Assembly (NCBI GenBank): GCA_046758965.1
Contig: JBHIBG010000003.1
Location: 53,164 to 117,163 of the forward strand
Direction of reading: 5' to 3'
DNA: 64,000 nt
Source of the DNA: Candidatus Methylomirabilia bacterium
GTDB lineage: Bacteria; Methylomirabilota; Methylomirabilia; Rokubacteriales; CSP1-6
Shown in pieces: positions 38,816 through 47,845 of the stretch. A program made the translations under genes and the position numbers. The notes under the pieces were generated by a model that was not told where the DNA came from, made no database searches, and was given only the letters and a program-made list of their open reading frames with translations. How positions within the stretch are numbered: position 1 is the stretch's first letter; every line of letters begins with the position of its first letter.

Positions 38816-39270
38816 CGGCTCGGCCCGTACACGACAGAGGCCGGAACGCAGCGGCCGGCATCCAACCGGCCGAGCTCTATCAGGGTCCCCAGCCTGGCCT
38901 TCTCCGCCAATGCGTCGGTCCTGGCCGTCCCCGGGGTCGCCTGGGCAGCGAGGTATCTGTGGGTGGTGCGATGAGCTTGCCACTCCGTCGCCCTGCCGGC
39001 TTCACATTCTGCCGCCAGATCATAGGCTGCCCACTGCGTCCATTCCGACAGGGGTGCCGTGTCCTTCGCGATCAACCTTCTGATCACGATTCGCATGGCG
39101 TCGTCATACGATGCGCGGGCACGTTGCTGGACTTCTCTGTCCTCTCGCACCGCCTTGGCTTTGGCTTCGTCCACCGGAGGCACCACCAGAATCCAGCCGC
39201 TTTGGGCGGCAGCGGGCAGGGCGAGAACGCAAAGCAACAGCAGCATCCCGATCCTGACGGCATTTTTCAT
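38812..39270 (-). CDS. Secreted hypothetical protein
   Basis: Signal peptide ..LPAAAQ, GWILVVPP, W..YDLAAEC..RCVP; AGGAG RBS. Confidence 0.7.
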   Translation of the reverse strand: MKNAVRIGMLLLLCVLALPAAAQSGWILVVPPVDEAKAKAVREDREVQQRARASYDDAMRIVIRRLIAKDTAPLSEWTQWAAYDLAAECEAGRATEWQAHRTTHRYLAAQATPGTARTDALAEKARLGTLIELGRLDAGRCVPASVVYGPSR

Positions 39271-39385
39271 GGTCTCACTCCTGGCCTAGGCCTTTTGGCT
39301 TCCCCTTTTTCACCCGTTTCCACCGCGGCTCAGACGGCCCAGTCAGGATCCAAGCTGATCCGAGCCACCGAGGCCGCTTGACGGG

Positions 39386-39415
39386 AGTCTAGGCGGGACC
39401 AGGGGAGGCTGTCAA
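39386..39415 (-). promoter_or_regulatory. sigma70 promoter TTGACA-18-TAGACT
   Basis: Direct match on the minus strand; divergent TTGACC-17-TAGATT at 39451-39479 on the plus strand. Confidence 0.6.
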
Positions 39416-39591
39416 GGGGACTCCATCCCCCGGCTCTTCCGCCGATAGACTTGACCTCCCGTCGCGCCCGGCATAGATTTCCCCCATGCCTCCGTCCGCA
39501 TGCACATGACGCTGGATGGGGAGGTGTATCCGAACAACGCTCCCGGAGATTCCGGGATCGCTGAGAAGCCCTCAATCGTGAAGAATGGGAG

Positions 39592-39828
39592 ATGGACATG
39601 GCGAAGACCTGGTTTTGGGCTCGGGCCAAGCCCCAAGATGTGTGGACGTTTCGGAATCACCCTACGCTGACGGAACCGGGAGACCCGGAGCATATGTTGT
39701 TTCGACTCTCAAAGCCGGGAGATCCGCACGTCGTGGGGTGGGTCATTGTGAACCTCAACACCGGAGAGATCGAGTTTGGAGAGCCCGGAGGTGACGAATC
39801 AAGCCACGAACCCTCGCCGCGTACTTAA
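39592..39828 (+). CDS. Small hypothetical protein
   Basis: 78 aa, upstream promoter and RBS-like sequence. Confidence 0.55.
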   Translation: MDMAKTWFWARAKPQDVWTFRNHPTLTEPGDPEHMLFRLSKPGDPHVVGWVIVNLNTGEIEFGEPGGDESSHEPSPRT

Positions 39829-39829
39829 G

Positions 39830-39985
39830 GAGGCGGAGGGGGAGCTGCTTCGGGACGTTCCGCTCCGCCGCGCCGGCCTTCTGGAAGGGGTTGCCAACCT
39901 CGTCGTTTTTCTCGCCTCGGAGCTGTCGACCTATATCACCGGCACAACCATCGCGATCGACGGCGGAACGACGCGAACGATCTAG
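39830..39985 (+). pseudogene. SDR oxidoreductase 3' fragment
   Basis: VPLRRAG..VANLVVFLASELSTYITGTTIAIDGG, no N-terminal part. Confidence 0.75.
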
Positions 39986-40001
39986 AGAGCCACAGTTCTC
40001 A

Positions 40002-40265
40002 TCAACCACGCAAATGAATCTCCTCCCCGGGTCCACCGACCTCGCCGGGTGACCTGATGGGCGTCGCCTCCCGGCTCAGTTCCAGCGTCGGCCACTTCTT
40101 CACCTCTTGGCTGGCAATCCTCTCCGCCACAAGGCTGATGAGCGCCTGCTTCGTCTGCCGCCTCACTTCCGCTTCGGGGAGCCCGAGCGCTTGAGCGGCC
40201 TGACTGGCGCGCGCTTCCCACTCACCGTGGCTCTTCGTCGCCTTCTTCCCTTGTCTGGTCGGCAT
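40002..40265 (-). CDS. Hypothetical protein
   Basis: GAGGAGG RBS before MPTRQGKK. Confidence 0.5.
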   Translation of the reverse strand: MPTRQGKKATKSHGEWEARASQAAQALGLPEAEVRRQTKQALISLVAERIASQEVKKWPTLELSREATPIRSPGEVGGPGEEIHLRG

Positions 40266-40376
40266 GGCGCCCTCCTCTGGTCGCTGCATCACACTTCACC
40301 GAGCCCGCAATGTTCCCCGCCTCCTTGCTTCTCGTGCGCGATAGGTCAGTGGCGGTGGCCTCCTTAGGTTCGCATG

Positions 40377-40478
40377 TCAGTCCCCGTAACGGAAAAACGC
40401 CGCGCGCGCGCGCAGAAACACCCCCCGGTCTGCCCGACCAACGAGGGCGTAGATGGATTGTCCAGGAACCCGGCGCAT
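40377..40478 (-). CDS. 33-aa small ORF MRRVPGQSIYALVGRADRGVFLRARAAFFRYGD
   Basis: GGGGAGG RBS, promoter at 40525-40553, paralog at 38187-38384. Confidence 0.5.
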   Translation of the reverse strand: MRRVPGQSIYALVGRADRGVFLRARAAFFRYGD

Positions 40479-40524
40479 CACTGCCCTCCCCAGGGACCGG
40501 ACGGTTGATTGTGGAAGCAACGGA

Positions 40525-40553
40525 AGTCTAGGCGGGGCTCGGGAAGCTGTCAA
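40525..40553 (-). promoter_or_regulatory. sigma70 promoter TTGACA-17-TAGACT
   Basis: Direct match on the minus strand. Confidence 0.65.
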
Positions 40554-40638
40554 GACGCCGCTTGACCCCTCCGGGTCCTGGGGCTAGCCTAGCGGCAGCG
40601 TGTCCCACCCTTGATCGCTCCGGTGAGGAGGCCCCGGC

Positions 40639-43600
40639 ATGAAGTGCCCTCGGTGCCAGGAGGAGAACCCTCCGCAGGCGAGCTTCTGCATGAAGTGCGG
40701 GGCCGGCCTTATGCTGGCATGTGCGAAGTGCGGCACGGAGCTGCCGACGGGGGCAGCCTTCTGTTTCGCCTGCGGGCAACCGGTGGCTGCAGCGCCTGCT
40801 GCGCAACGTTTCGCGTCTCCTGAGGCTTACACCCCCAGACATCTCGCCGAGAAGATCCTGACCTCCAAGAGCGCGCTCGAAGGCGAGCGCAAGCAGGTCA
40901 CGGTCCTGTTCGCCGACCTGAAGGGGTCCATGCAGCTCCTCGCCGACCGCGACCCTGAGGAGGCGCGGAAGCTCCTCGACCCGGTGCTGGAACGCATGAT
41001 GGAGGCCGTCCACCGCTACGAGGGGACCGTGAACCAGGTGATGGGCGACGGGATCATGGCGCTCTTCGGCGCCCCGCTCGCTCATGAAGACCATGCCGTG
41101 CGGGCCTGCTACGCCGCGCTCAGGATGCAGGAAGCGATCCGCCGCTATACCGAAGAGGTCCGTCGCACGCACGGCATAGCGGTACAGATCCGGGTCGGCC
41201 TCAACTCGGGTGAGGTGGTGGTCCGCGCTATCGGCAACGACCTCCACATGGACTACACCGCCGTGGGGCAGACCACGCATCTCGCCGCCCGGATGGAGCA
41301 GCTCGCGAGCCCGGGAAGCATCCTGCTGACGGCAGAGACCCTCCGTCTGGCCGAAGGCTTTGTGCAGGTCAAGCCGCTCGGTCCGGTGCCGGTGAGAGGG
41401 CTGGAGGCCCCGATTGAGGTCTACGAGATCATCGGGGCCGGGCCTGTGCGTCGGCGGCTTGAGGCCGCCGTGGCCCGAGGGCTGACCCGCTTCGTCGGGC
41501 GGCAGACGGAGCTGGAAGGCCTCCGCCAGGCGCTGGAGCAGGCTCACGCCGGTCACGGCCAGGTCGTGGCCGTGGTCGGAGAGCCGGGCGTTGGCAAATC
41601 CCGCCTCTTCTACGAGTTCACCCACTCGCATCGAACCCACGGCTGGCTGATCCTCGAAAGTGGCTCGGTCTCCTACGGCAAGGCCACCGTCTATCTGCCG
41701 GTCATCGACCTCCTCAAGGCGTACTTCCAGATCGACACCCGCGATGACGAGCGGAAGATCCGCGAAAAGGTCATGGGCAAGCTCCTCGCGCTCGATGAGG
41801 CCCTCAGGCCGACCCTGCCCGCTTTCCTCTCCCTCCTGGACGTCCCCGTCGAGGACCCTCGCTGGCAGGACCTCGATCCGCCCCAACGCCGCCAGCGGAC
41901 CCTGGATGCCGTCAAGCGCCTCCTGCTCCGGGAGAGCCAGGTCCAGCCCTTACTGCTGGTCTTCGAGGACCTCCACTGGATCGATTCCGAAACCCAGGCG
42001 GTCCTGGACAGCCTGATCGAGAGCCTCCCGACCGCCCGCCTCCTGCTGCTCGTAAACTATCGCCCCGAGTACCAGCACGGCTGGGGGAGCAAGACATACT
42101 ACACCCAGCTCAGGATCGACCCGTTGCCGCCCGAGAGCTGCGAGGAACTGCTTCAAGCCCTCCTCGGAGGCGATGCGAGTCTTCAGCCGTTCAGGCAGCT
42201 CCTGATCGAGCGCACCGAGGGGAACCCCTTCTTCCTGGAGGAGAGCGTCCGGACCCTGGTGGAGACCCAGGTCCTCGTCGGCGAGCGCGGGGCCTACCGC
42301 CTGGCGAAGCCCGTCCAGACGATTCAGGTGCCGGCTACGGTACAGGCGGTCCTGGCGGCCCGGATCGACCGGCTGCCGCCTGAGGACAAGCGCCTGCTTC
42401 AGTCAGCCTCCGTCATCGGCGAGACTGTGCCGTTCACCCTGCTCCAGGCTGTCGTCGAGTTGCCGGAGGAGGAGCTTCGCCGGGCTCTCAGCCGCCTTCA
42501 GACTGTCGAGTTCCTCTACGAGACCAGCCTCTTCCCCGATCTCGAATACACCTTCAAGCACGGCCTGACGTACCAGGTGGCGTACAACTCCCTCCTCCAG
42601 GAGCGCCGGCGCGCCCTCCACGCCCGGATCATTGAGGGAATCGAGCGGATCCACACCGACCGGGTGGCCGAGCACGCGGAACGGCTCGCCCACCACGCCC
42701 TCCGGGGCGAGGTGTGGGGCAAGGCCCTCACCTATTTCCGTCAGGCCGGTGCCAAGGCCATGGCGCGCTCGGCCAACCGCGAGGCGGTAGCGTGCTTTGA
42801 GCAGGCGTTGGGAGCACTCACGCATCTCCCGGAGGGTCGCGACACGCTCGAGCAGGCCATCGATCTCCGGTTCGACCTTCGGACGTCGCTCCTTGCGCTC
42901 GGCCAGCTCGGGAAGATGCTCGACTATCTTCGCGAAGCCGAAACCCTCGTCGAGGCTCTGAACGATCAACGGCGACTGGCACGCGTCTGCGGCTTTATGA
43001 GCCTGCATTTCAACACAATGGGCGATTACCACCGCGCCATCGAGTACGGCAAGCGAACCCTCGCCCTCGCCGCTGACCTTGGGGATTTCGCCCTCCAGGT
43101 GGCGGCGAATATCTACCTGGGCCAGGCCCACTACGCCCTCGGCGACTATCGTCGCTCAATAGACTTCCTCAGGAGGAACGTGGAATCCCTCCAGGGCGAT
43201 CTGATCCGTGAGCGCTTTGGCCTGGTCGCCCTTCCTTCCGTAGTCTCCCGTTCATATCTGAGCTCGTCCCTCGCCGAACTTGGAGAGTTCAGCGAGGGGA
43301 TCGCCCGCGGAGAGGAAGCGGTGCGGATTGCCGAGGCGATCGATCACCCGCTCAGCCTTATCTTCGCCTGCCGCGGTCTCGGCCAACTGCACCTTCGCCA
43401 AGGGGATATCCCGAAGGCCACCTCCGTGGCCGAACGTGGCCTTGCCCTCTGCCAGGCCGCCAACCTCCCGGTCGTGTTCCCCTGGATCGCCACTGCCTTG
43501 GGCTCTATGTATGCCCTTTCCGGTCGTGTCGCGGAGGCCCTGCCTCTACTGGAGCAGGCTGTGGAGCGGGCCGTTTCCATGAGACTGAAAGCCGGTCACT

Positions 43601-44001
43601 CGTTCATGGTCGCCCAGCTGAGCCTGGCCTACCTGCTGGCCGGCCGCCTGGAGGACGCGACCGACCTCGCCGGACGGGCCCTCGAGCTCGCCCGTGACCA
43701 CAGCGAACGTGGCCTCGAGGCGTGGGCAGTTCGGCTCTTCGGCGAGATCGCCTCGCATCCCGATGCCCTAGATAGGGAGAAGGCCGAAGATTACTACCGC
43801 CAGGCCATGGCACTGGCCGACGAACTCGGGATGCGCCCGCTCTCGGCGCAGTGCCACCTCGGCCTCGGCAAGCTGTACCGGCGAACCGGAAACCGCGCGC
43901 AGGCTGAGGAGCACCTGACCACCGCCACCACGCTGCTCCGCGAGATGGAGATGAGGTTCTGGCTGGAGCAGGCGGAGGCGGAGCTGAAGGGGAGCGCATG
44001 A
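40639..44001 (+). CDS. Zinc-ribbon + adenylate/guanylate cyclase + AAA ATPase + TPR protein
   Basis: CxxC double zinc ribbon, TVLFADLKGS, GDGIMALFG, GEPGVGKS, FEDLHWID, TPR tail. Confidence 0.93.
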   Translation: MKCPRCQEENPPQASFCMKCGAGLMLACAKCGTELPTGAAFCFACGQPVAAAPAAQRFASPEAYTPRHLAEKILTSKSALEGERKQVTVLFADLKGSMQLLADRDPEEARKLLDPVLERMMEAVHRYEGTVNQVMGDGIMALFGAPLAHEDHAVRACYAALRMQEAIRRYTEEVRRTHGIAVQIRVGLNSGEVVVRAIGNDLHMDYTAVGQTTHLAARMEQLASPGSILLTAETLRLAEGFVQVKPLGPVPVRGLEAPIEVYEIIGAGPVRRRLEAAVARGLTRFVGRQTELEGLRQALEQAHAGHGQVVAVVGEPGVGKSRLFYEFTHSHRTHGWLILESGSVSYGKATVYLPVIDLLKAYFQIDTRDDERKIREKVMGKLLALDEALRPTLPAFLSLLDVPVEDPRWQDLDPPQRRQRTLDAVKRLLLRESQVQPLLLVFEDLHWIDSETQAVLDSLIESLPTARLLLLVNYRPEYQHGWGSKTYYTQLRIDPLPPESCEELLQALLGGDASLQPFRQLLIERTEGNPFFLEESVRTLVETQVLVGERGAYRLAKPVQTIQVPATVQAVLAARIDRLPPEDKRLLQSASVIGETVPFTLLQAVVELPEEELRRALSRLQTVEFLYETSLFPDLEYTFKHGLTYQVAYNSLLQERRRALHARIIEGIERIHTDRVAEHAERLAHHALRGEVWGKALTYFRQAGAKAMARSANREAVACFEQALGALTHLPEGRDTLEQAIDLRFDLRTSLLALGQLGKMLDYLREAETLVEALNDQRRLARVCGFMSLHFNTMGDYHRAIEYGKRTLALAADLGDFALQVAANIYLGQAHYALGDYRRSIDFLRRNVESLQGDLIRERFGLVALPSVVSRSYLSSSLAELGEFSEGIARGEEAVRIAEAIDHPLSLIFACRGLGQLHLRQGDIPKATSVAERGLALCQAANLPVVFPWIATALGSMYALSGRVAEALPLLEQAVERAVSMRLKAGHSFMVAQLSLAYLLAGRLEDATDLAGRALELARDHSERGLEAWAVRLFGEIASHPDALDREKAEDYYRQAMALADELGMRPLSAQCHLGLGKLYRRTGNRAQAEEHLTTATTLLREMEMRFWLEQAEAELKGSA

Positions 44002-44048
44002 TCTTCGAGAGCGCCGGTCGTAACCAGGCAGGCTGAAAGGAGATTACA

Positions 44049-44624
44049 ATGAGGACGAAAGCCCTTCTCGGAGCCCTCCTGGCGGTCTTCGTCTCGGCGA
44101 TGCCAGCGGCGGGCTCGGAACGCATAGGCCCACGCCCAGCAGCCCATGAGGAGCTGGCGGGGACCGTGAACGAGCTCATCGGCCAGCTCGACCGCCTCGC
44201 CGCCCGGTGGCGCGAACATTTCTACCATAGAGCGGCGCGCGGCGAGCGCCCGCTCATCACCTTCATGCTCCGACACGGGGAGAGGCTGGACCTCTCACCG
44301 GAGCAGGTCCAGAGCCTCGAGCGGCTCAGGGCGGATTTCCGGCGCGAGGCGATCCGGCGCCGCGCCGACCTCCGAATTGCCGAGGTGGACCTGGCAACGC
44401 TCCTCGACACCGACCCCGTGGATCTCGGGAAGGTCGAGGCGAAGATTCGCGAGATCGAGCGGGCGCGTGCGGACCTGCGCCTCGCCCGCGTCCGCACGAT
44501 CGAGCAAGGCAAAGCGCAACTGACCCCGGAGCAACGCGCGAAGCTCCAGGCCCTGCTCGCGGCCCCTCGCCATCCGCGCCGCCACCCTGGCGCGTACCGC
44601 TCGCCCCGCGGAAAGCGCTTGTAG
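44049..44624 (+). CDS. Spy/CpxP-like periplasmic protein
   Basis: Signal peptide, LDLSPEQ and LTPEQRAKL (LTXXQ) motifs. Confidence 0.8.
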   Translation: MRTKALLGALLAVFVSAMPAAGSERIGPRPAAHEELAGTVNELIGQLDRLAARWREHFYHRAARGERPLITFMLRHGERLDLSPEQVQSLERLRADFRREAIRRRADLRIAEVDLATLLDTDPVDLGKVEAKIREIERARADLRLARVRTIEQGKAQLTPEQRAKLQALLAAPRHPRRHPGAYRSPRGKRL

Positions 44625-44626
44625 AG

Positions 44627-45784
44627 GTGAGCGAGGCTGACACGATGAGGATCGTCGACCTGAGGGCCTACCCGACCTCGTTCCCGGTGCCACCCGAGGC
44701 AAGCGTGACCCTCGGCATCGGTCGTGCCGTCAAGCGCGACGCCGTCGTCGTCAAAGTCACCACTGAAGACGGTCTCATCGGCTACGGCGAGTCTCATCAC
44801 GGCCGCTCCCCCGGCGCCGTCGCTCACCTCGCGAATACCACGCTCCGCCAGCTCGTGATCGGCATGAATGCCCTGGATGTTGTCGGCGTCTGGACGCGCA
44901 TCTACCGGATGCAGCTCGGCAGCCATGGGATGGGCGCGGGTGCCGCGATCGCGATGAGCGGGATCGACATGGCGCTGTGGGACATCCGCGGGAAGGTGAC
45001 CGGCTGGCCGCTGTACCGGCTCCTGGGGGGCGCCTCACGGCCGATCCCCGCCTACGCCGGAGGGGTGTCGCTTGGCTACCAGGACCCGAGCGCGCTGGTC
45101 GACGAGGTGCGCGCGCTGGTCGAGGCGGGGTACAAGGCGGTGAAGCTCCGGGTCGGTGACTCGCCGGCACGCGACCTCGAGCGCGTGGCCGCCGTCCGCA
45201 GGGCGTTCGGGAACGACCTGGCCATTCTGGTGGACGCCAACACCCGCTATTTGGTCGCCGATGCGCAACAGACCATGCCCGGGCTGGAGGCCCACGGCGT
45301 CGGCTGGCTGGAAGAGCCATTTCCCGCGCATGACCACCGGAGCTACGCGATCGCGGCCACCTTCAGCCGCATCCCGCTGGCAGCCGGAGAGAACCACTAC
45401 ACGCGATTCGAGTTCGTGCGCCTGGTCGAGGACGGCGTCATCCGGATCCTGCAGCCGGACCTGTCAAAGACCGGAGGCATCACTGAAGCGCTCCGCATCG
45501 CCGCGATGGCATCGGCCTGGAAGCTCCCCATTCACCCCCACACCTCGATGACGGGGCTCAACATGGCGGCGAGCATTCACTTCCTCGCGGCGATCGACAA
45601 CAGTGGCTACTTCGAGGCCGACGCGTCGAAGGACAACCTGTTCCGTGACGAGCTGGTGAGCACGCCGTACACGCTGGACGCCGAGGGGTGCGTGCGCCCG
45701 CTCGAGAAACCCGGGATCGGGGTCGAGGTCGACGAGGACTTCCTCGCGAAACATCCGGTGATCGAGGGGCCCGCGTACATCTGA
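44627..45784 (+). CDS. Mandelate racemase/muconate lactonizing enzyme family
   Basis: GIDMALWDIRGK, KLRVG, VDAN, WLEEP, AGEN, QPDLSK. Confidence 0.93.
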   Translation: MSEADTMRIVDLRAYPTSFPVPPEASVTLGIGRAVKRDAVVVKVTTEDGLIGYGESHHGRSPGAVAHLANTTLRQLVIGMNALDVVGVWTRIYRMQLGSHGMGAGAAIAMSGIDMALWDIRGKVTGWPLYRLLGGASRPIPAYAGGVSLGYQDPSALVDEVRALVEAGYKAVKLRVGDSPARDLERVAAVRRAFGNDLAILVDANTRYLVADAQQTMPGLEAHGVGWLEEPFPAHDHRSYAIAATFSRIPLAAGENHYTRFEFVRLVEDGVIRILQPDLSKTGGITEALRIAAMASAWKLPIHPHTSMTGLNMAASIHFLAAIDNSGYFEADASKDNLFRDELVSTPYTLDAEGCVRPLEKPGIGVEVDEDFLAKHPVIEGPAYI

Positions 45785-45863
45785 TACACTACGTGTTGAC
45801 CCCCTCTTCTGCCCGTCACAGTTTGCTCTCATGCCCGGCTGACCGCGCTGGGCGGGATGACCT

Positions 45864-46457
45864 ATGAGCCCGATGAAGAACGAGACGAGTCGGTTGCTGG
45901 TCGGCCTCTTGTTGCTGGTCCTTTCGTTGGCAGCCGCGTGCGCTTCGGGCATGTCCTGGGAGAGGCACATGGTGGCCGGGGTAAGGTCATATCACCAAGG
46001 TCGCCACGCCGAGGCGGAGAGATCGTTCCAAGCCGCCCTCAAGGAAGCGGAGCGGCGTGGGCCAGAGGACCCTCGCGTGGCCACCACCCTCAACAACCTG
46101 GCAGTGCTCTACAAGGCCCAGGGCCAGTACGCCCAGGCCGAGCCGCTCTACCAACGGGCGCTGGCGATCAAGGGGAAGGTCCTCGGGCCCGAGCACCCTT
46201 CTCTGGCCACCAGCCTCAACAACCTGGCGGGGCTCTACGTCGCCCAGGGCGAGTACGCCCGAGCCGAGCCGCTCTACAAGCGAGCGCTCGCGATCGTGGA
46301 GAGCACCTTGGGGCCGGAGCACCCCCGCGTGGCCGCCACCTTGATGAACTACGCCACCCTATTACGGGCTACGAACCGGGAGGCTGAGGCGGCAGAACTG
46401 GAGGCCCGCGCCGAGGCGATCCGGGCCAAGCATGCCCAGGAGAACCCGACGAAGTGA
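45864..46457 (+). CDS. TPR lipoprotein
   Basis: LAAAC, repeats ATTLNNLAVLYKAQGQYAQAEPLYQRAL. Confidence 0.9.
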   Translation: MSPMKNETSRLLVGLLLLVLSLAAACASGMSWERHMVAGVRSYHQGRHAEAERSFQAALKEAERRGPEDPRVATTLNNLAVLYKAQGQYAQAEPLYQRALAIKGKVLGPEHPSLATSLNNLAGLYVAQGEYARAEPLYKRALAIVESTLGPEHPRVAATLMNYATLLRATNREAEAAELEARAEAIRAKHAQENPTK

Positions 46458-46470
46458 CGCGGAGGGCGAG

Positions 46471-46995
46471 ATGAACGAGCCAACCCTTGATATGCTGACA
46501 AACCGCCTCGGCCGCCTGGAGCGGGAGAATCGGTGGTGGAGGATTCTCGGGAGCGCTGCAGTCGGAGTGCTGGCGCTCGGCTTGCTGATGGGAGCCACGG
46601 CTGGGAAGGTCTCGAAGGAGATTCGAGCCGAGCGTTTCGTCCTGGTGGATGAGAACGACAAGATGCTTGCCGAGCTGAGCACATTGTCTCGCATGCAAGG
46701 GCTCAGAGGGCCAGAGCCTCTCGTCGCGGACCTTTCGCGCCTGATCCTCTACGATCGAGACACCAATCCCCGCGCTGCGCTGGGTGTCGGCTTGGACGGA
46801 TCACCTCATCTGCTGCTCTACGGCAGCGGGGAGACAGTCCAGGGCAGGCTGATGGTGTTGGCTAGCGGCGCGCCCGCCCTGAGTCTCTTCGACAGCGACA
46901 AGGGACTCCGCGCAGTGCTTCGCCTGGGTACTGGGGGCTCGCCGCGCCTCGTCCTCGCCGACAAGCATGGCAAGATCATCTGGAAAGCGCCGTAG
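46471..46995 (+). CDS. Hypothetical membrane-anchored protein with beta-repeats
   Basis: RLERENR, TM helix, repeated L-x-LxD..RA-LG units. Confidence 0.7.
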   Translation: MNEPTLDMLTNRLGRLERENRWWRILGSAAVGVLALGLLMGATAGKVSKEIRAERFVLVDENDKMLAELSTLSRMQGLRGPEPLVADLSRLILYDRDTNPRAALGVGLDGSPHLLLYGSGETVQGRLMVLASGAPALSLFDSDKGLRAVLRLGTGGSPRLVLADKHGKIIWKAP

Positions 46996-47421
46996 CCACC
47001 CAAGGAGGGCAAAGGCCTCAAATGCGTCAAGATGGTAGTGGCGATCTTGGCCCAGTGGAGCGGGTGGCGATATTGTACTTCTTCCAGAACCGGCAGCAAT
47101 CTCGATTGACATCGACTCGGAAGCAGCTTAAATAATAAGGGTCGGAAGGACGAGCGCTACTGCCGGACCGTGATCCAGCTCATGGAAAGCCAGGCTTACC
47201 GGGAGCTGGCCGGTGCGCAACTCTTCGGCTTCGGCCTCCAGTTCGCGCCCGAGCTCAAGAGGTCGAGCCGTCCGACGCCGGGCGCTGGGCTCCCCCCGAG
47301 CCGCTGGAGCTGGAAGGATGATCGAGGCCGACGCGGAGGCGCCCGGGAGTCCCGGCCAGGTCGCTGTTCTGCGGCGAGGACTCGTTCACGTGTAGCTCAT
47401 CTTCCGGAAAGGGGAGAAGCG

Positions 47422-47829
47422 ATGCCAAAAGAAGCCGTCAACCCACCGACCCTCATGAAGCCGGTCGGCTTCTCTCACGCCTTCGAGGTCCGGGGAGGCC
47501 GCATCCTCTTCCTCGCCGGCCAGGTGGCCCGGGACAAGGACAGCAATCTGGTCGGCAAAGGGGATCTCGTCGCCCAGTTCAGGCAGGTCTGCGAAAACCT
47601 GAAGGCGCTCGTGGAGTTTCGTGGTGGGACGCTGCAGGACATCGTGAAGTTGATGATCTACGTCCTCGACGTGAACGACTACAAGAGCAAGGGGAAGGCG
47701 ATCGGCGCCGTGTATCGGGAGTACTTCGGCAAGCACTTCCCGGCCATGACGCTGGCGGAGGTCAAGGGCCTCTACGACGCCGACGGCGGCTGCCTGATCG
47801 AGATCGAGGCGGTCGCCGCTCTGGAGTAA
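47422..47829 (+). CDS. RidA/YjgF family protein
   Basis: GFSHA, LAGQV, FPAMTLAEV, LIEIEAVA. Confidence 0.9.
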   Translation: MPKEAVNPPTLMKPVGFSHAFEVRGGRILFLAGQVARDKDSNLVGKGDLVAQFRQVCENLKALVEFRGGTLQDIVKLMIYVLDVNDYKSKGKAIGAVYREYFGKHFPAMTLAEVKGLYDADGGCLIEIEAVAALE

Positions 47830-47845
47830 CTCCGCGAGCGAACTG

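Noticed and set aside
40639..44001. Cyclase-ATPase-TPR protein as a novel Avs-like defence system
   Set aside because: This is a common, widely expanded architecture, and there is no defence-related context here.
46060..46340. 126-bp tandem repeat
   Set aside because: Explained by coding TPR repeats.
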